64,000 bases of DNA, from IMG/VR virus record IMGVR_UViG_3300021429_004282. One strand, given 5' to 3'. The number at the start of each line of letters is the position of its first letter. Within the stretch, counting starts at the first letter, position 1. The stretch comes from an uncultured virus (IMG/VR IMGVR_UViG_3300021429_004282) (lineage: Duplodnaviria > Heunggongvirae > Uroviricota > Caudoviricetes). The position numbers were made by a program, and so were the translations under genes. The notes beneath the pieces were generated by a model that was not told the DNA's origin, searched no databases, and was given only the letters and a program-made list of their open reading frames with translations. Positions 20,413-29,267 of this stretch are shown piece after piece.

Positions 20413-20832
20413 ATGGATCTTTTAGCTGCTCCTTTTCCCATAGTGAAAAATCCCCGTGGATTGCTAGCATCTGTATCAGGACTAGATGGAATAAAAGGGG
20501 ATCTATTGCAGCTTATTTTGACGAACCCCGGAGACAGGGTGATGTTGCCTACTTATGGCACGCCGTTACGCAGACTTTTGTTTGAACCAAACACAGAAAT
20601 ACTTTCCAACACAGTCAAGCAGGCCATAACGGATTCTATTTCTACATGGGAACCAAGAATTGTTGTAAATTCAATAGAAGTTGAAAACAGTGCTGCAAAT
20701 GCATCTTTGCCATCGGGTGATCCGAGGCAAAATTTGGAAAACTTTCTCTCTATAAAAATACAATTTAGCACATTCAATAATATTGATGTGGTAGAAAACC
20801 TTATATTACAAGTACCAATAGGCGAGGCATAA
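20413..20832 (+). CDS. Baseplate gp25-like (GPW_gp25)
   Basis: LILTNPGDRVMLPTYGTPL..LLFEP...WEPRI. Confidence 0.92.
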   Translation: MDLLAAPFPIVKNPRGLLASVSGLDGIKGDLLQLILTNPGDRVMLPTYGTPLRRLLFEPNTEILSNTVKQAITDSISTWEPRIVVNSIEVENSAANASLPSGDPRQNLENFLSIKIQFSTFNNIDVVENLILQVPIGEA

Positions 20833-20833
20833 T

Positions 20834-22387
20834 ATGGCAGATAGTTGCCCTTTTGACATTCAACCATACAAACAGACGAACATACAAAACCGTCCGACTC
20901 CTGTTAATCTGAATTATACAAATCAAGATTTCTGGTCCATGAAAGCCCGTTTGATTTCTTTTACTAAAGAAAAGTTTGGTGACCAATTCAATGATTTCGT
21001 AGAATCCAGTTTGGCTTTAATGCTTATAGAAAACTGGGCATTTATAGCAGATACATTATCATTTAAGATTGACCAAATAGCCAATGAAGTTTTTATTGAT
21101 ACTGTAACTGAAATAGAAAATGCTTTTCGTTTGGCAAAGCTTGTTGGCTATCAACCACAACCTCCAATAGCTGCCAAAAGCATGTGGACAGCAAGAATAA
21201 GTACTCCTCAAACCATAGATCTTGTTATACCAACACCTTTTGATGTTTCTCTGGTAAACAATGGTGCTGGCATCAACATTGAATTGTTTCCAGCAGATCC
21301 TTTTAATAGACCAATATATGATCAAGATATTTTGATTCCGGCTGGATCAATTTCAAATTCTAATATAGTTGGATTGGAAGGACAAACATTTAATGATACT
21401 TTCATAGGTACTGGGGAAATAAACCAAAGTTTCCTCTTGAATTTTCTTCCAGTACTTTTGGATTCTATCAGAGTTGATGTTGATGGTCAAAGGTGGGAAA
21501 AAGTTGAGTATTTCACTGATTCACAACCAAGAAGAGAATATCGAGTTGAATACAACTCAGACTTTAGTGCTTTCATAATCTTTGGTAATAATCGTGCAGG
21601 ACAAATTCCAACAGCCGGGGCGGTAATTACAGCCACATATAGAGTTGGTGGTGGCACAAATGGAAATATAGTAACAAATTTTGCCAATGTTGAAACGCTT
21701 GTCCCAATCGAGGGACAAGATTTTAGTGTTTTGATAAATCTTTCAAACTACACTAGAGGCGAGTTTGGGTATAATGGTGATACTGTAGAAGATATAAGAA
21801 GAAAGCTTCCTATTTACAACAGATCTCAAAACAGGGCTGTTACTGGTTCTGATTATAAATCAATATGTGATCTTTTTGTAACTCCTTACAATGGTGTTAT
21901 GGGTAAATCTGCTGTTGCTTTAAGACATGCAGGATGTTCTGCAAACATTATTGACATTTATATATTAGCAAAATCCGGTGATGCAGGATTACAGATTGCT
22001 AATTCGCAATTTAAAGCAGAACTGACAGATTACTTGAATACCAAAAAGATGCTTACAGATTTTACATGTCTTAAGGATGGGGTTGTTGTTTTAACATCAG
22101 TATTGATAGATGTTGTTTTAGATAAATATTATCGAACATTTGAGGAGACAATCAAAGCAAGAATTCAAAGTGCTCTTTCTGTGTTTTTTAATCTTGTGAA
22201 TTGGGACTACGGCCAGACACTTCGTGATACTGATGTGATTAAAGCCTTATTCTCTGTGCAAGAACCATACAGGTATGATGTTACCTTGACTACTGCAAAT
22301 CCTGATAATAGCGGCAAACAGGTCACAACTAAATACTTTGAGATTATAAGACCAGATACAATTGAAATAGAGTTCCAGTACGAATGA
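20834..22387 (+). CDS. Baseplate wedge gp6/J-like
   Basis: YTNQDF, LAKLVGY, IIFGN, YRVGGGTNGN, NRAVTGSDY. Confidence 0.92.
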   Translation: MADSCPFDIQPYKQTNIQNRPTPVNLNYTNQDFWSMKARLISFTKEKFGDQFNDFVESSLALMLIENWAFIADTLSFKIDQIANEVFIDTVTEIENAFRLAKLVGYQPQPPIAAKSMWTARISTPQTIDLVIPTPFDVSLVNNGAGINIELFPADPFNRPIYDQDILIPAGSISNSNIVGLEGQTFNDTFIGTGEINQSFLLNFLPVLLDSIRVDVDGQRWEKVEYFTDSQPRREYRVEYNSDFSAFIIFGNNRAGQIPTAGAVITATYRVGGGTNGNIVTNFANVETLVPIEGQDFSVLINLSNYTRGEFGYNGDTVEDIRRKLPIYNRSQNRAVTGSDYKSICDLFVTPYNGVMGKSAVALRHAGCSANIIDIYILAKSGDAGLQIANSQFKAELTDYLNTKKMLTDFTCLKDGVVVLTSVLIDVVLDKYYRTFEETIKARIQSALSVFFNLVNWDYGQTLRDTDVIKALFSVQEPYRYDVTLTTANPDNSGKQVTTKYFEIIRPDTIEIEFQYE

Positions 22388-22393
22388 TGAGGA

Positions 22394-25300
22394 ATGATGT
22401 TAAAAAAGTATTATGAGAACCCCAAAGTCACAGATGACATTGAAATCGACTTCTATACACCGGATGCAGACGGTTGTTTTGATATAGATCCGTATAAAGT
22501 TGATAATATCAAGATTTATTACATTATAAGAGACACTAATGGTGCTTTGAACGAACAGTCTTTTATAGATCAATTTGATGTTGCAAGACAAAAAACTTAT
22601 TTGGAAGCTCAGCAACTAGCCTGTACTGATCCTACTGCTGAAAATATTGCAAATGCAGATCAGCTTAGAAGAGAATTTGAAGCAACCAGTATTTATAATA
22701 CGACATTTTATTCTAGTTCCATGGTAGTTTTGAATAACGGATCTTCCACCAATCCTGTTTGGTTAAGAGGTACAGCAAATACTAATTCCATCATTACAAA
22801 AATTGTTGAGGCAGGTTCAGAAATACAAAATGGATATTTCAAATTTATTTGGTCACCAAATGGAACAATTAGAGAAGGTGATTATTATATATGTTGGACT
22901 TGGACTCCAAATATTGCTGGAGACTCTTTTTCTTCTTATTTACATTTTACTATAAGTAGCGATATAGCAAACGAAGTTAGCAACCCATCACATGTAATAA
23001 ATAGTTCTCAATATAAAAATCTACTAGATTTATATTTGCCAGAAATGTATAAAATGTCATATGCAAAAGATGACATGACAGTTTCAACTTTAAATAATTT
23101 TAACGCATCTGTGGCTGAAGGATATACGGTTTTAGACAATTTAGCCGCTCAAGTAGTCGATATTATTGATAGCAATGCAACTCAAGAACCAATACTTGGA
23201 TATTTGGCTAATTTTTTTGGATTGCTTTTGCGTTCTGATGATCCAACTTTGTGGAGAAGGCAGATCAAAAAAGCAATTCCTAATTTTAAACAGAAAGGAA
23301 CTTATGATGGATTGCGTGGAGCTCTTTCTGATGCTGGAATTACACTAGAAAAATATACACAGTATTGGCAGTGCGGTACTGATAACATTTATACAGAATA
23401 TTTTAAATATGATGGGTCAAATTCTTGGGATTTAACAAAAACATCTTTAGCAGTTAATCCTACCTATTTCGAATTGGAAAAAAGATCGGTAACAGGCACT
23501 TATGCTGCAAGCAGCCTTTCAAACATTTCTATAACAACAGTCGATGGCATAAGCACTATGACTTGGGTAGGAGCACCTCTGGTTGCTGGGGATGTTATAA
23601 AAATACAATATCAGATTAAAGCCTTTACAAGCCCGGAATTAACAATATGGAACATTGTAAAAGATTTACCGCTAGCTGACCTTAGAGATGATAGAGACTT
23701 TGATTATCCTCCAAAAGATTGGAATACAAAGTTGATATCAGAAGATGATGCTAATTTCAGCACCGTGATTTCAACTAAAAACCCTTTTGTTAATTATCTT
23801 TATTTTGGCAAAGTTAGAACCAAATTTCCTTATAGTGAAAATGTTTACAACATGGATGAATACAATGGTTCTTTGAGAGATAGCCAAAATCCTTGTGATA
23901 TTGACAAATCATTTTTAGAACCATGTCGTGGATTTATAAGTTCATATTATAGCCTAGATGTTGGAATAAAAGAATTGTCCAACGAAAGGCTGCAAGAAAT
24001 TCAAGACATTGTTGCCGAATACACACCTTTCCATGCTGTTCTGCACACTTTGAATTTTAGTGGTAATTTTGAAGATTTTATTATTCCTCCAGAAGAATCA
24101 ATAGAAATGTTGGTTCAATACCAGACTACCGAATTCATGATCACAGGCATGGCTCAAACAGTTTTCAACCGTGCCATGTTTTTAGGATTGCAAAACAATG
24201 CGGTATTAAGAATTGATCTTGCCACGAATATGCTTGTGCCTTTTGCTATGCGTTCGAACTCTCTATATGAAACTGATGGGCAAAAACTTGGGTTTTTAGA
24301 CAAAGTAGGTCCAACACCTGAAGTTAAAATGTCTGACTTATATGAAAATCCATTGTCTATGGATGAATGGGTCTTTCAGCAGACACCCGGTTTAACTCCT
24401 ATACCGCCATCACCTAGCCCTGCACCATCGCCCTCACCTAGCCCTGCACCATCGCCCTCACCTAGCCCTGCACCATCGCCCTCACCTAGCCCTGTACCAT
24501 CGCCCTCACCTAGCCCTGCACCTTCACCCAGCCCTATTCCTGTTTTCACAGGCACAGCTACTGGTTATAATGACACAATAAACTTATATTGTGCTCAAGT
24601 TAATTTTCAGTCACTAGGAATATATTCTGACTCTAATAAAACATTGCTTGAAATTCTTGGGCCAAGTTCTAATTCTGGTGAGTATGAGGTTGAAAATCCA
24701 AAAAATTCATATATTGGAGCAATAGGATCTATCACAGAGCCAATCAACACTGCGCCTTTTACTTTCAATTTATCAAATATAAATTTGGCATCTTGGTCAT
24801 TCACAGCGGCACAGGCAAATAAACATTCCATGTCAGATTCTGAATATAATTATGCAGATTATCCTATTACAACTCTTTGGGATGTCGCTCAAGGACATGC
24901 AGTTGCTGCTTGGCAAGTACAAGTAGGCGCTACAGTTTACGATATTGCCGATATAAGAAACAATATTTTATTAATCGAAGATGATGGTTCATTGAGTAAT
25001 TCCAACGCAACAGGAGTTAGCTATTCTTTGTTAAGTCCAACTGGGACAGAATTTAGTTCTACTTCTGGTGATTATACAGTGCAGGTACTTGGCAAAATCA
25101 CAACAGGTGAACCGGGAATAGACTCAGCAAGCCAAATAATAGGAAACAATGGATATTTTTATTATGATTCTAATAACGAGCAATACAAGTTTAATTCCTA
25201 TGATTCAGACGATCAACTATCGTTTTATATTGACGACTGGGATGGAACGAATGGCAGCGTTACAGGGAAGGCTTTGACGAGATTGTTAACAGAACAAGTG

Positions 25301-25771
25301 GGTAATTTTGGCTATGCTGGTATGAAATTACTAAAACCAGTTGGTTTCCCTACATTTGCTGATCCCACAGATCCCGATGCCACAGAAACACAGAACTACA
25401 AAGAAAACTACATCATAGAAATAAATGGTAAAAATTATTGTGTGAACGATTATTATACAGTTGGTCCGAATATTTATTTAGACATAGCTGGAGAATTGAT
25501 AAATATGGGAGTATCATCTGGTTCATCACAGTCAATAAATGTCTACAGATATAGCAAAGATACAATTGAGCTTTTTGGTGAAACACTAACAGATGTAAGC
25601 AGAAATGGTCAAGAACTTGTCAATCAAGTTGTTTCTTATGCTACATCTATGATGTCTATGACTAATAATAAAAACAAAAATGGCATAAACGACAAGATAA
25701 ATCAATATGAAGGTGTTAGTTTCAAAATAGAATACAATGATGGTAGGACCACAACAGGAGAAATACAATGA
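22394..25771 (+). CDS. Baseplate wedge gp7/P2-I-like protein with internal Ser-Pro insertion
   Basis: LGYLANFFG, WRRQIK, KQKGTYDGL, YTPFH; follows gp6. Confidence 0.75.
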   Translation: MMLKKYYENPKVTDDIEIDFYTPDADGCFDIDPYKVDNIKIYYIIRDTNGALNEQSFIDQFDVARQKTYLEAQQLACTDPTAENIANADQLRREFEATSIYNTTFYSSSMVVLNNGSSTNPVWLRGTANTNSIITKIVEAGSEIQNGYFKFIWSPNGTIREGDYYICWTWTPNIAGDSFSSYLHFTISSDIANEVSNPSHVINSSQYKNLLDLYLPEMYKMSYAKDDMTVSTLNNFNASVAEGYTVLDNLAAQVVDIIDSNATQEPILGYLANFFGLLLRSDDPTLWRRQIKKAIPNFKQKGTYDGLRGALSDAGITLEKYTQYWQCGTDNIYTEYFKYDGSNSWDLTKTSLAVNPTYFELEKRSVTGTYAASSLSNISITTVDGISTMTWVGAPLVAGDVIKIQYQIKAFTSPELTIWNIVKDLPLADLRDDRDFDYPPKDWNTKLISEDDANFSTVISTKNPFVNYLYFGKVRTKFPYSENVYNMDEYNGSLRDSQNPCDIDKSFLEPCRGFISSYYSLDVGIKELSNERLQEIQDIVAEYTPFHAVLHTLNFSGNFEDFIIPPEESIEMLVQYQTTEFMITGMAQTVFNRAMFLGLQNNAVLRIDLATNMLVPFAMRSNSLYETDGQKLGFLDKVGPTPEVKMSDLYENPLSMDEWVFQQTPGLTPIPPSPSPAPSPSPSPAPSPSPSPAPSPSPSPVPSPSPSPAPSPSPIPVFTGTATGYNDTINLYCAQVNFQSLGIYSDSNKTLLEILGPSSNSGEYEVENPKNSYIGAIGSITEPINTAPFTFNLSNINLASWSFTAAQANKHSMSDSEYNYADYPITTLWDVAQGHAVAAWQVQVGATVYDIADIRNNILLIEDDGSLSNSNATGVSYSLLSPTGTEFSSTSGDYTVQVLGKITTGEPGIDSASQIIGNNGYFYYDSNNEQYKFNSYDSDDQLSFYIDDWDGTNGSVTGKALTRLLTEQVGNFGYAGMKLLKPVGFPTFADPTDPDATETQNYKENYIIEINGKNYCVNDYYTVGPNIYLDIAGELINMGVSSGSSQSINVYRYSKDTIELFGETLTDVSRNGQELVNQVVSYATSMMSMTNNKNKNGINDKINQYEGVSFKIEYNDGRTTTGEIQ
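24410..24535 (+). repeat. 24-bp tandem repeat x5 encoding SPSPAPSP
   Basis: tcacctagccctgcaccatcgccc units at 24410, 24434, 24458, 24482, 24506. Confidence 0.95.
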
Positions 25772-26244
25772 ATTTTTTGAATGATATTAAGTGTGTTGGA
25801 AGAGTTGAAGCATTTATTGAATATGCATCTGGCAAAAAGATAGATATTTCTTTTGATAATACTGTTCTTACTTTGGGCAAAGTTGCATTGGCCAAAACAC
25901 TTGCAAACGATGTTGGCACATATGGAAACTATTTTGTAAATCGAATGGTTTTTGGTAATGGAGGTACCTACAGTGGGGAACCAAGATTGGTAAACCCTAG
26001 TCGTACAGGCCTTTTTGGAGTGACTGTGGCAAACAAACCGGTTGTCGCTACTGTAAATCCTGATAATCAAACACAAGCTATTTTTACATCTACGCTTGCT
26101 TATTCAGATGCGAATGGGTATTCACTGAATGAAATGGCATTGGTTCTTAATAATGGTGATTTTTATAGCATGGTAACTTTTCCAGATTTGTCTAAAACAA
26201 GCAGCATGCAAATTATTTTCAATTGGAATATAAATTTAGTTTAA
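25768..26244 (+). CDS. Tail-fibre/collar attachment-type structural protein
   Basis: NTVLTLGK, MVFGNGG, ANGYSLNEMAL, KTSSMQIIFNW pattern. Confidence 0.7.
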   Translation: MNFLNDIKCVGRVEAFIEYASGKKIDISFDNTVLTLGKVALAKTLANDVGTYGNYFVNRMVFGNGGTYSGEPRLVNPSRTGLFGVTVANKPVVATVNPDNQTQAIFTSTLAYSDANGYSLNEMALVLNNGDFYSMVTFPDLSKTSSMQIIFNWNINLV

Positions 26245-26259
26245 TTATATTAAAAAGGA

Positions 26260-26267
26260 TATAAATA
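26260..26267 (+). promoter_or_regulatory. T4 late promoter consensus TATAAATA
   Basis: Exact match 4 nt before ATG 26272. Confidence 0.65.
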
Positions 26268-26271
26268 AGAT

Positions 26272-27054
26272 ATGCCTGACTTATCTAATATAACAGTACC
26301 ACAATACTTGCCCAATCAACCTTATCATTATACATATGATAACTTGCCTATTGATGCTTTGGTCCAAAGAGATGATCTCATAAACAGTCAGGTTGATGCA
26401 AATACAAATTACATTTTGCAGTCATTCGGAACAGCAGGCAGCCTAGCAAACAGATTGAATCAATCTTTGGAAAACAACGGTGATTTAAAAACAACAGCCG
26501 TTAATACTGCTTTACACAATATTGGTGCTCACACTGACGGAAGTTATGGTGGTACAGATTATGTAAGAATGACTTTGGATGAAAGAAGCAAACTATCTTT
26601 AATAGCTCCAGAAGCAAAAAATATAGCTATAGAAATTGACACAGCATCTAACATATTATACTTTGATAATGGTACAGTTGTTTTTGAAAATTCGTCAACT
26701 ATTACATGGTCGTCTGCTGGTGGTCAAAATTTGAGAGCAGATGTTGCGGTAAGTTTGTCTAATCCACATCAGCACTACGATGGAATCGTACCAACCAGCG
26801 TTTCTTTAACACCTGATTACCAGAATTACCTTACAGGTCTTCCAACTGCTTTTACTGCTGGAAGTTTGAAGGTTTATATAAATGGTGGAAGAATTTTCGA
26901 AGGTTCTACCGTTTATGCTCCAACATCTGATCCTTTAACAGCATGGCAACAAAATTCATTTACAGAAAATGTTAACGGTCTTGGTTTTTCTCTGTTGAAT
27001 GCAATAACATCTTCGGATATTATTGTGATTGACTTTGAAGTACCACTGGGCTAA
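26272..27054 (+). CDS. Putative tail structural protein
   Basis: 260 aa; C-terminal GSLKVYINGGR...DIIVIDF Ig-like module. Confidence 0.7.
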   Translation: MPDLSNITVPQYLPNQPYHYTYDNLPIDALVQRDDLINSQVDANTNYILQSFGTAGSLANRLNQSLENNGDLKTTAVNTALHNIGAHTDGSYGGTDYVRMTLDERSKLSLIAPEAKNIAIEIDTASNILYFDNGTVVFENSSTITWSSAGGQNLRADVAVSLSNPHQHYDGIVPTSVSLTPDYQNYLTGLPTAFTAGSLKVYINGGRIFEGSTVYAPTSDPLTAWQQNSFTENVNGLGFSLLNAITSSDIIVIDFEVPLG

Positions 27055-27057
27055 AAA

Positions 27058-27576
27058 ATGCTTTATTGTGAAAAAGATCTGGATATAACTGTCGTCATAA
27101 TAAGTGTCGATGGTGACTATTCAAAAATTGAAAAGACTTATAATAGCACAAACTTCTTATCTAAAAATTACAAATCGATTGCCGTAATACCTGACGGCAG
27201 AAGCATCGAACCATGTAGCTGCAAAGTATACATAGGTGGTAATTGTATTACTTCTTTGATTGATTTTGGAATTGAAAAAGCTGATAGTGAATGGGCATAC
27301 TGTGTATTTTCTGGTAGTGTTATAAAAAAATCTATTGATAAAAAATTAGGCAAATATGTTGAGACTGAAAAGGATGTGCTTTTTCCTGTTGTAAACAGGA
27401 TTTGGAATTTTATTGATGGAAGCATGAATGGTATATTAATTAACAAAAATTTTTATCAATCTGTCGGTAAATTTGGTTCTGGAAATACTTTGCAAAATAC
27501 TAAGTTAATGTGGGCTGAAAGAGCTTTGGAAAAAGGAGTTCAATTCAAAGCCATAGTAAACGCATGTAACCTTTGA
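27058..27576 (+). CDS. Degenerate GT-A (family 2-like) glycosyltransferase-fold protein
   Basis: ITVVII, GIEKADSEW, GILINKNFYQSVGKF; no clear DxD. Confidence 0.5.
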   Translation: MLYCEKDLDITVVIISVDGDYSKIEKTYNSTNFLSKNYKSIAVIPDGRSIEPCSCKVYIGGNCITSLIDFGIEKADSEWAYCVFSGSVIKKSIDKKLGKYVETEKDVLFPVVNRIWNFIDGSMNGILINKNFYQSVGKFGSGNTLQNTKLMWAERALEKGVQFKAIVNACNL

Positions 27577-27584
27577 GGATTCTT

Positions 27585-28241
27585 ATGTCCGAACCTGAAT
27601 TAGTAGAAAAAGAATTAAATGAAATACTAGAAAAACACAAAATACTGCCTAAACATACAGATTTTCAAATTGAAAATTTTATGATTGGGAAGGAATTTAA
27701 TCTTGCTGGCAGGGTTTGGCAGTGTGTCAGGGAACTATCGACAAGGCAAGAAGCACTATTAAATATAAATTTGGAAATTGAAGAAACAAATGATAATTTG
27801 CAATTACAAGAAATAAAATACGAAAAACTTAAGTTAAAAAGCACATTTAATAAGAAAAAAGATATTCAAGCTTTAAACCAGAAACAAAAAGAAATATTTT
27901 TAAGAAAAAAAGAACGCCAAATAAGAGTTGTCAAACAAAAACAAGTTAGTTTAGATGAAAGAAAGAAAAGTATTGTTGCTGAATTAAGCAAAATTTTAGA
28001 ATTATTCAAAAAATATAATCCAGAAAACAAAATCATAGATATTGAAGACAAAAAAAACCAATTGGACTATTGGAATGAAAAATTAGATCAAGAGCTTGGT
28101 CTTACCTCTCTTCTGGGACATCCACTGAGCATGGAATTAGTGCGGTCTGTTTTGGCTTTGCCAAATGAGGCTCCTGTTAAAATGCAAATGAATTTGGCCT
28201 TAGAAAATGCAGGTAAAAAACTACTGAATCAAAGTAACTAA
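27585..28241 (+). CDS. Coiled-coil protein, possible fibre chaperone
   Basis: HTDFQIENFMIG...WQCVREL..R motif then long coiled coil; GAGG SD. Confidence 0.65.
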   Translation: MSEPELVEKELNEILEKHKILPKHTDFQIENFMIGKEFNLAGRVWQCVRELSTRQEALLNINLEIEETNDNLQLQEIKYEKLKLKSTFNKKKDIQALNQKQKEIFLRKKERQIRVVKQKQVSLDERKKSIVAELSKILELFKKYNPENKIIDIEDKKNQLDYWNEKLDQELGLTSLLGHPLSMELVRSVLALPNEAPVKMQMNLALENAGKKLLNQSN

Positions 28242-28244
28242 ACT

Positions 28245-29267
28245 ATGGCAAACAGCAAACTAACATCATATGACATTGGATATTTATCAGGTGATTTGTC
28301 TATATTTCCAGAAGCTATAGACAGCTACGATAATTTATACGAAGCAAAAAACCTGTCAATGACTACATTGACACAAACTTTAGGCTTTAATGGTAAAATT
28401 ATTGTTGTGGATGATACTACAAATTTCCCAGATAAAGGAATTTTAAGGATAAGTTTACCGAATTATCAGGGACTTACCACAGAGCTTATTTATTATGAAA
28501 CAAAAACACAAAACACTTTTCAAAATTTAATTAGGGGATTCTGTGCCACCCGGCAGTCACCATGGCCAGTTGGTTGTAAAGTTGAAGCCGGTGTCATGGC
28601 CGAGCATCATAATGCAGTAAAAGATGCTGTTTTGAAAATAGAACAAACTATTGGAACTGTATCAGAAACATCCACTACAACATTAAATGGTTTACTCAAA
28701 CAACAGGAAGCAAGATATCTGGCTCCTAAAGCAATATTCAGAGCCTATCCTCTTAAAGGCCCTGCACCAATGACGGTAAACTTCCATAATTTTTCCAGCA
28801 GCATTGCTACAAGATTTTTTTGGGATTTTGGTGATGGAGGTTCTTCTTTTGAAAAGAGTCCAACGCACACTTATCTCACAGAAGGAAATTTCACTGTTCA
28901 ACTGCGTGTTATTACAGAACTTGGTGGACAAGGATTTTCTACAAAGACAAATTATATTCAAATAAGCAATGAGTATGTTGATCCATTTTTCTATACTACA
29001 CCGGAAATTGGATATTCAAGTGAATATGCGGCCAAATATGGTGGTAGCCCAACAGTCTTTAAATTCATAGACCAAACGAATGCAACAATATCTAATAGGC
29101 TTTGGCAATTTGATGATGGCACAAATTACTTTGCACTTGATCCTAATGAGCATGTGACTACTCACATTTATGCAAAACCCGGCACCTACAAGCCATCTCT
29201 GCTGATTGGGCTTGAGGGCCAACAAGTTCTTCGTGTCTTCTCAACTTCTTCGATTCAGGTGGAATAA
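28245..29267 (+). CDS. PKD-domain virion protein (paralog 1)
   Basis: MAEHHN; GPAPMTVNF..WDFGDG..SPTHTY..GNFTVQL; second PKD WQFDDG. Confidence 0.85.
   Translation: MANSKLTSYDIGYLSGDLSIFPEAIDSYDNLYEAKNLSMTTLTQTLGFNGKIIVVDDTTNFPDKGILRISLPNYQGLTTELIYYETKTQNTFQNLIRGFCATRQSPWPVGCKVEAGVMAEHHNAVKDAVLKIEQTIGTVSETSTTTLNGLLKQQEARYLAPKAIFRAYPLKGPAPMTVNFHNFSSSIATRFFWDFGDGGSSFEKSPTHTYLTEGNFTVQLRVITELGGQGFSTKTNYIQISNEYVDPFFYTTPEIGYSSEYAAKYGGSPTVFKFIDQTNATISNRLWQFDDGTNYFALDPNEHVTTHIYAKPGTYKPSLLIGLEGQQVLRVFSTSSIQVE

Noticed and set aside
24410..24535. 24-bp repeats as a CRISPR array
   Set aside because: Contiguous, no spacers, in frame within a CDS
15760..26244. Bacterial eCIS/tailocin locus
   Set aside because: Terminase, portal, prohead protease, scaffold and primase show a complete phage
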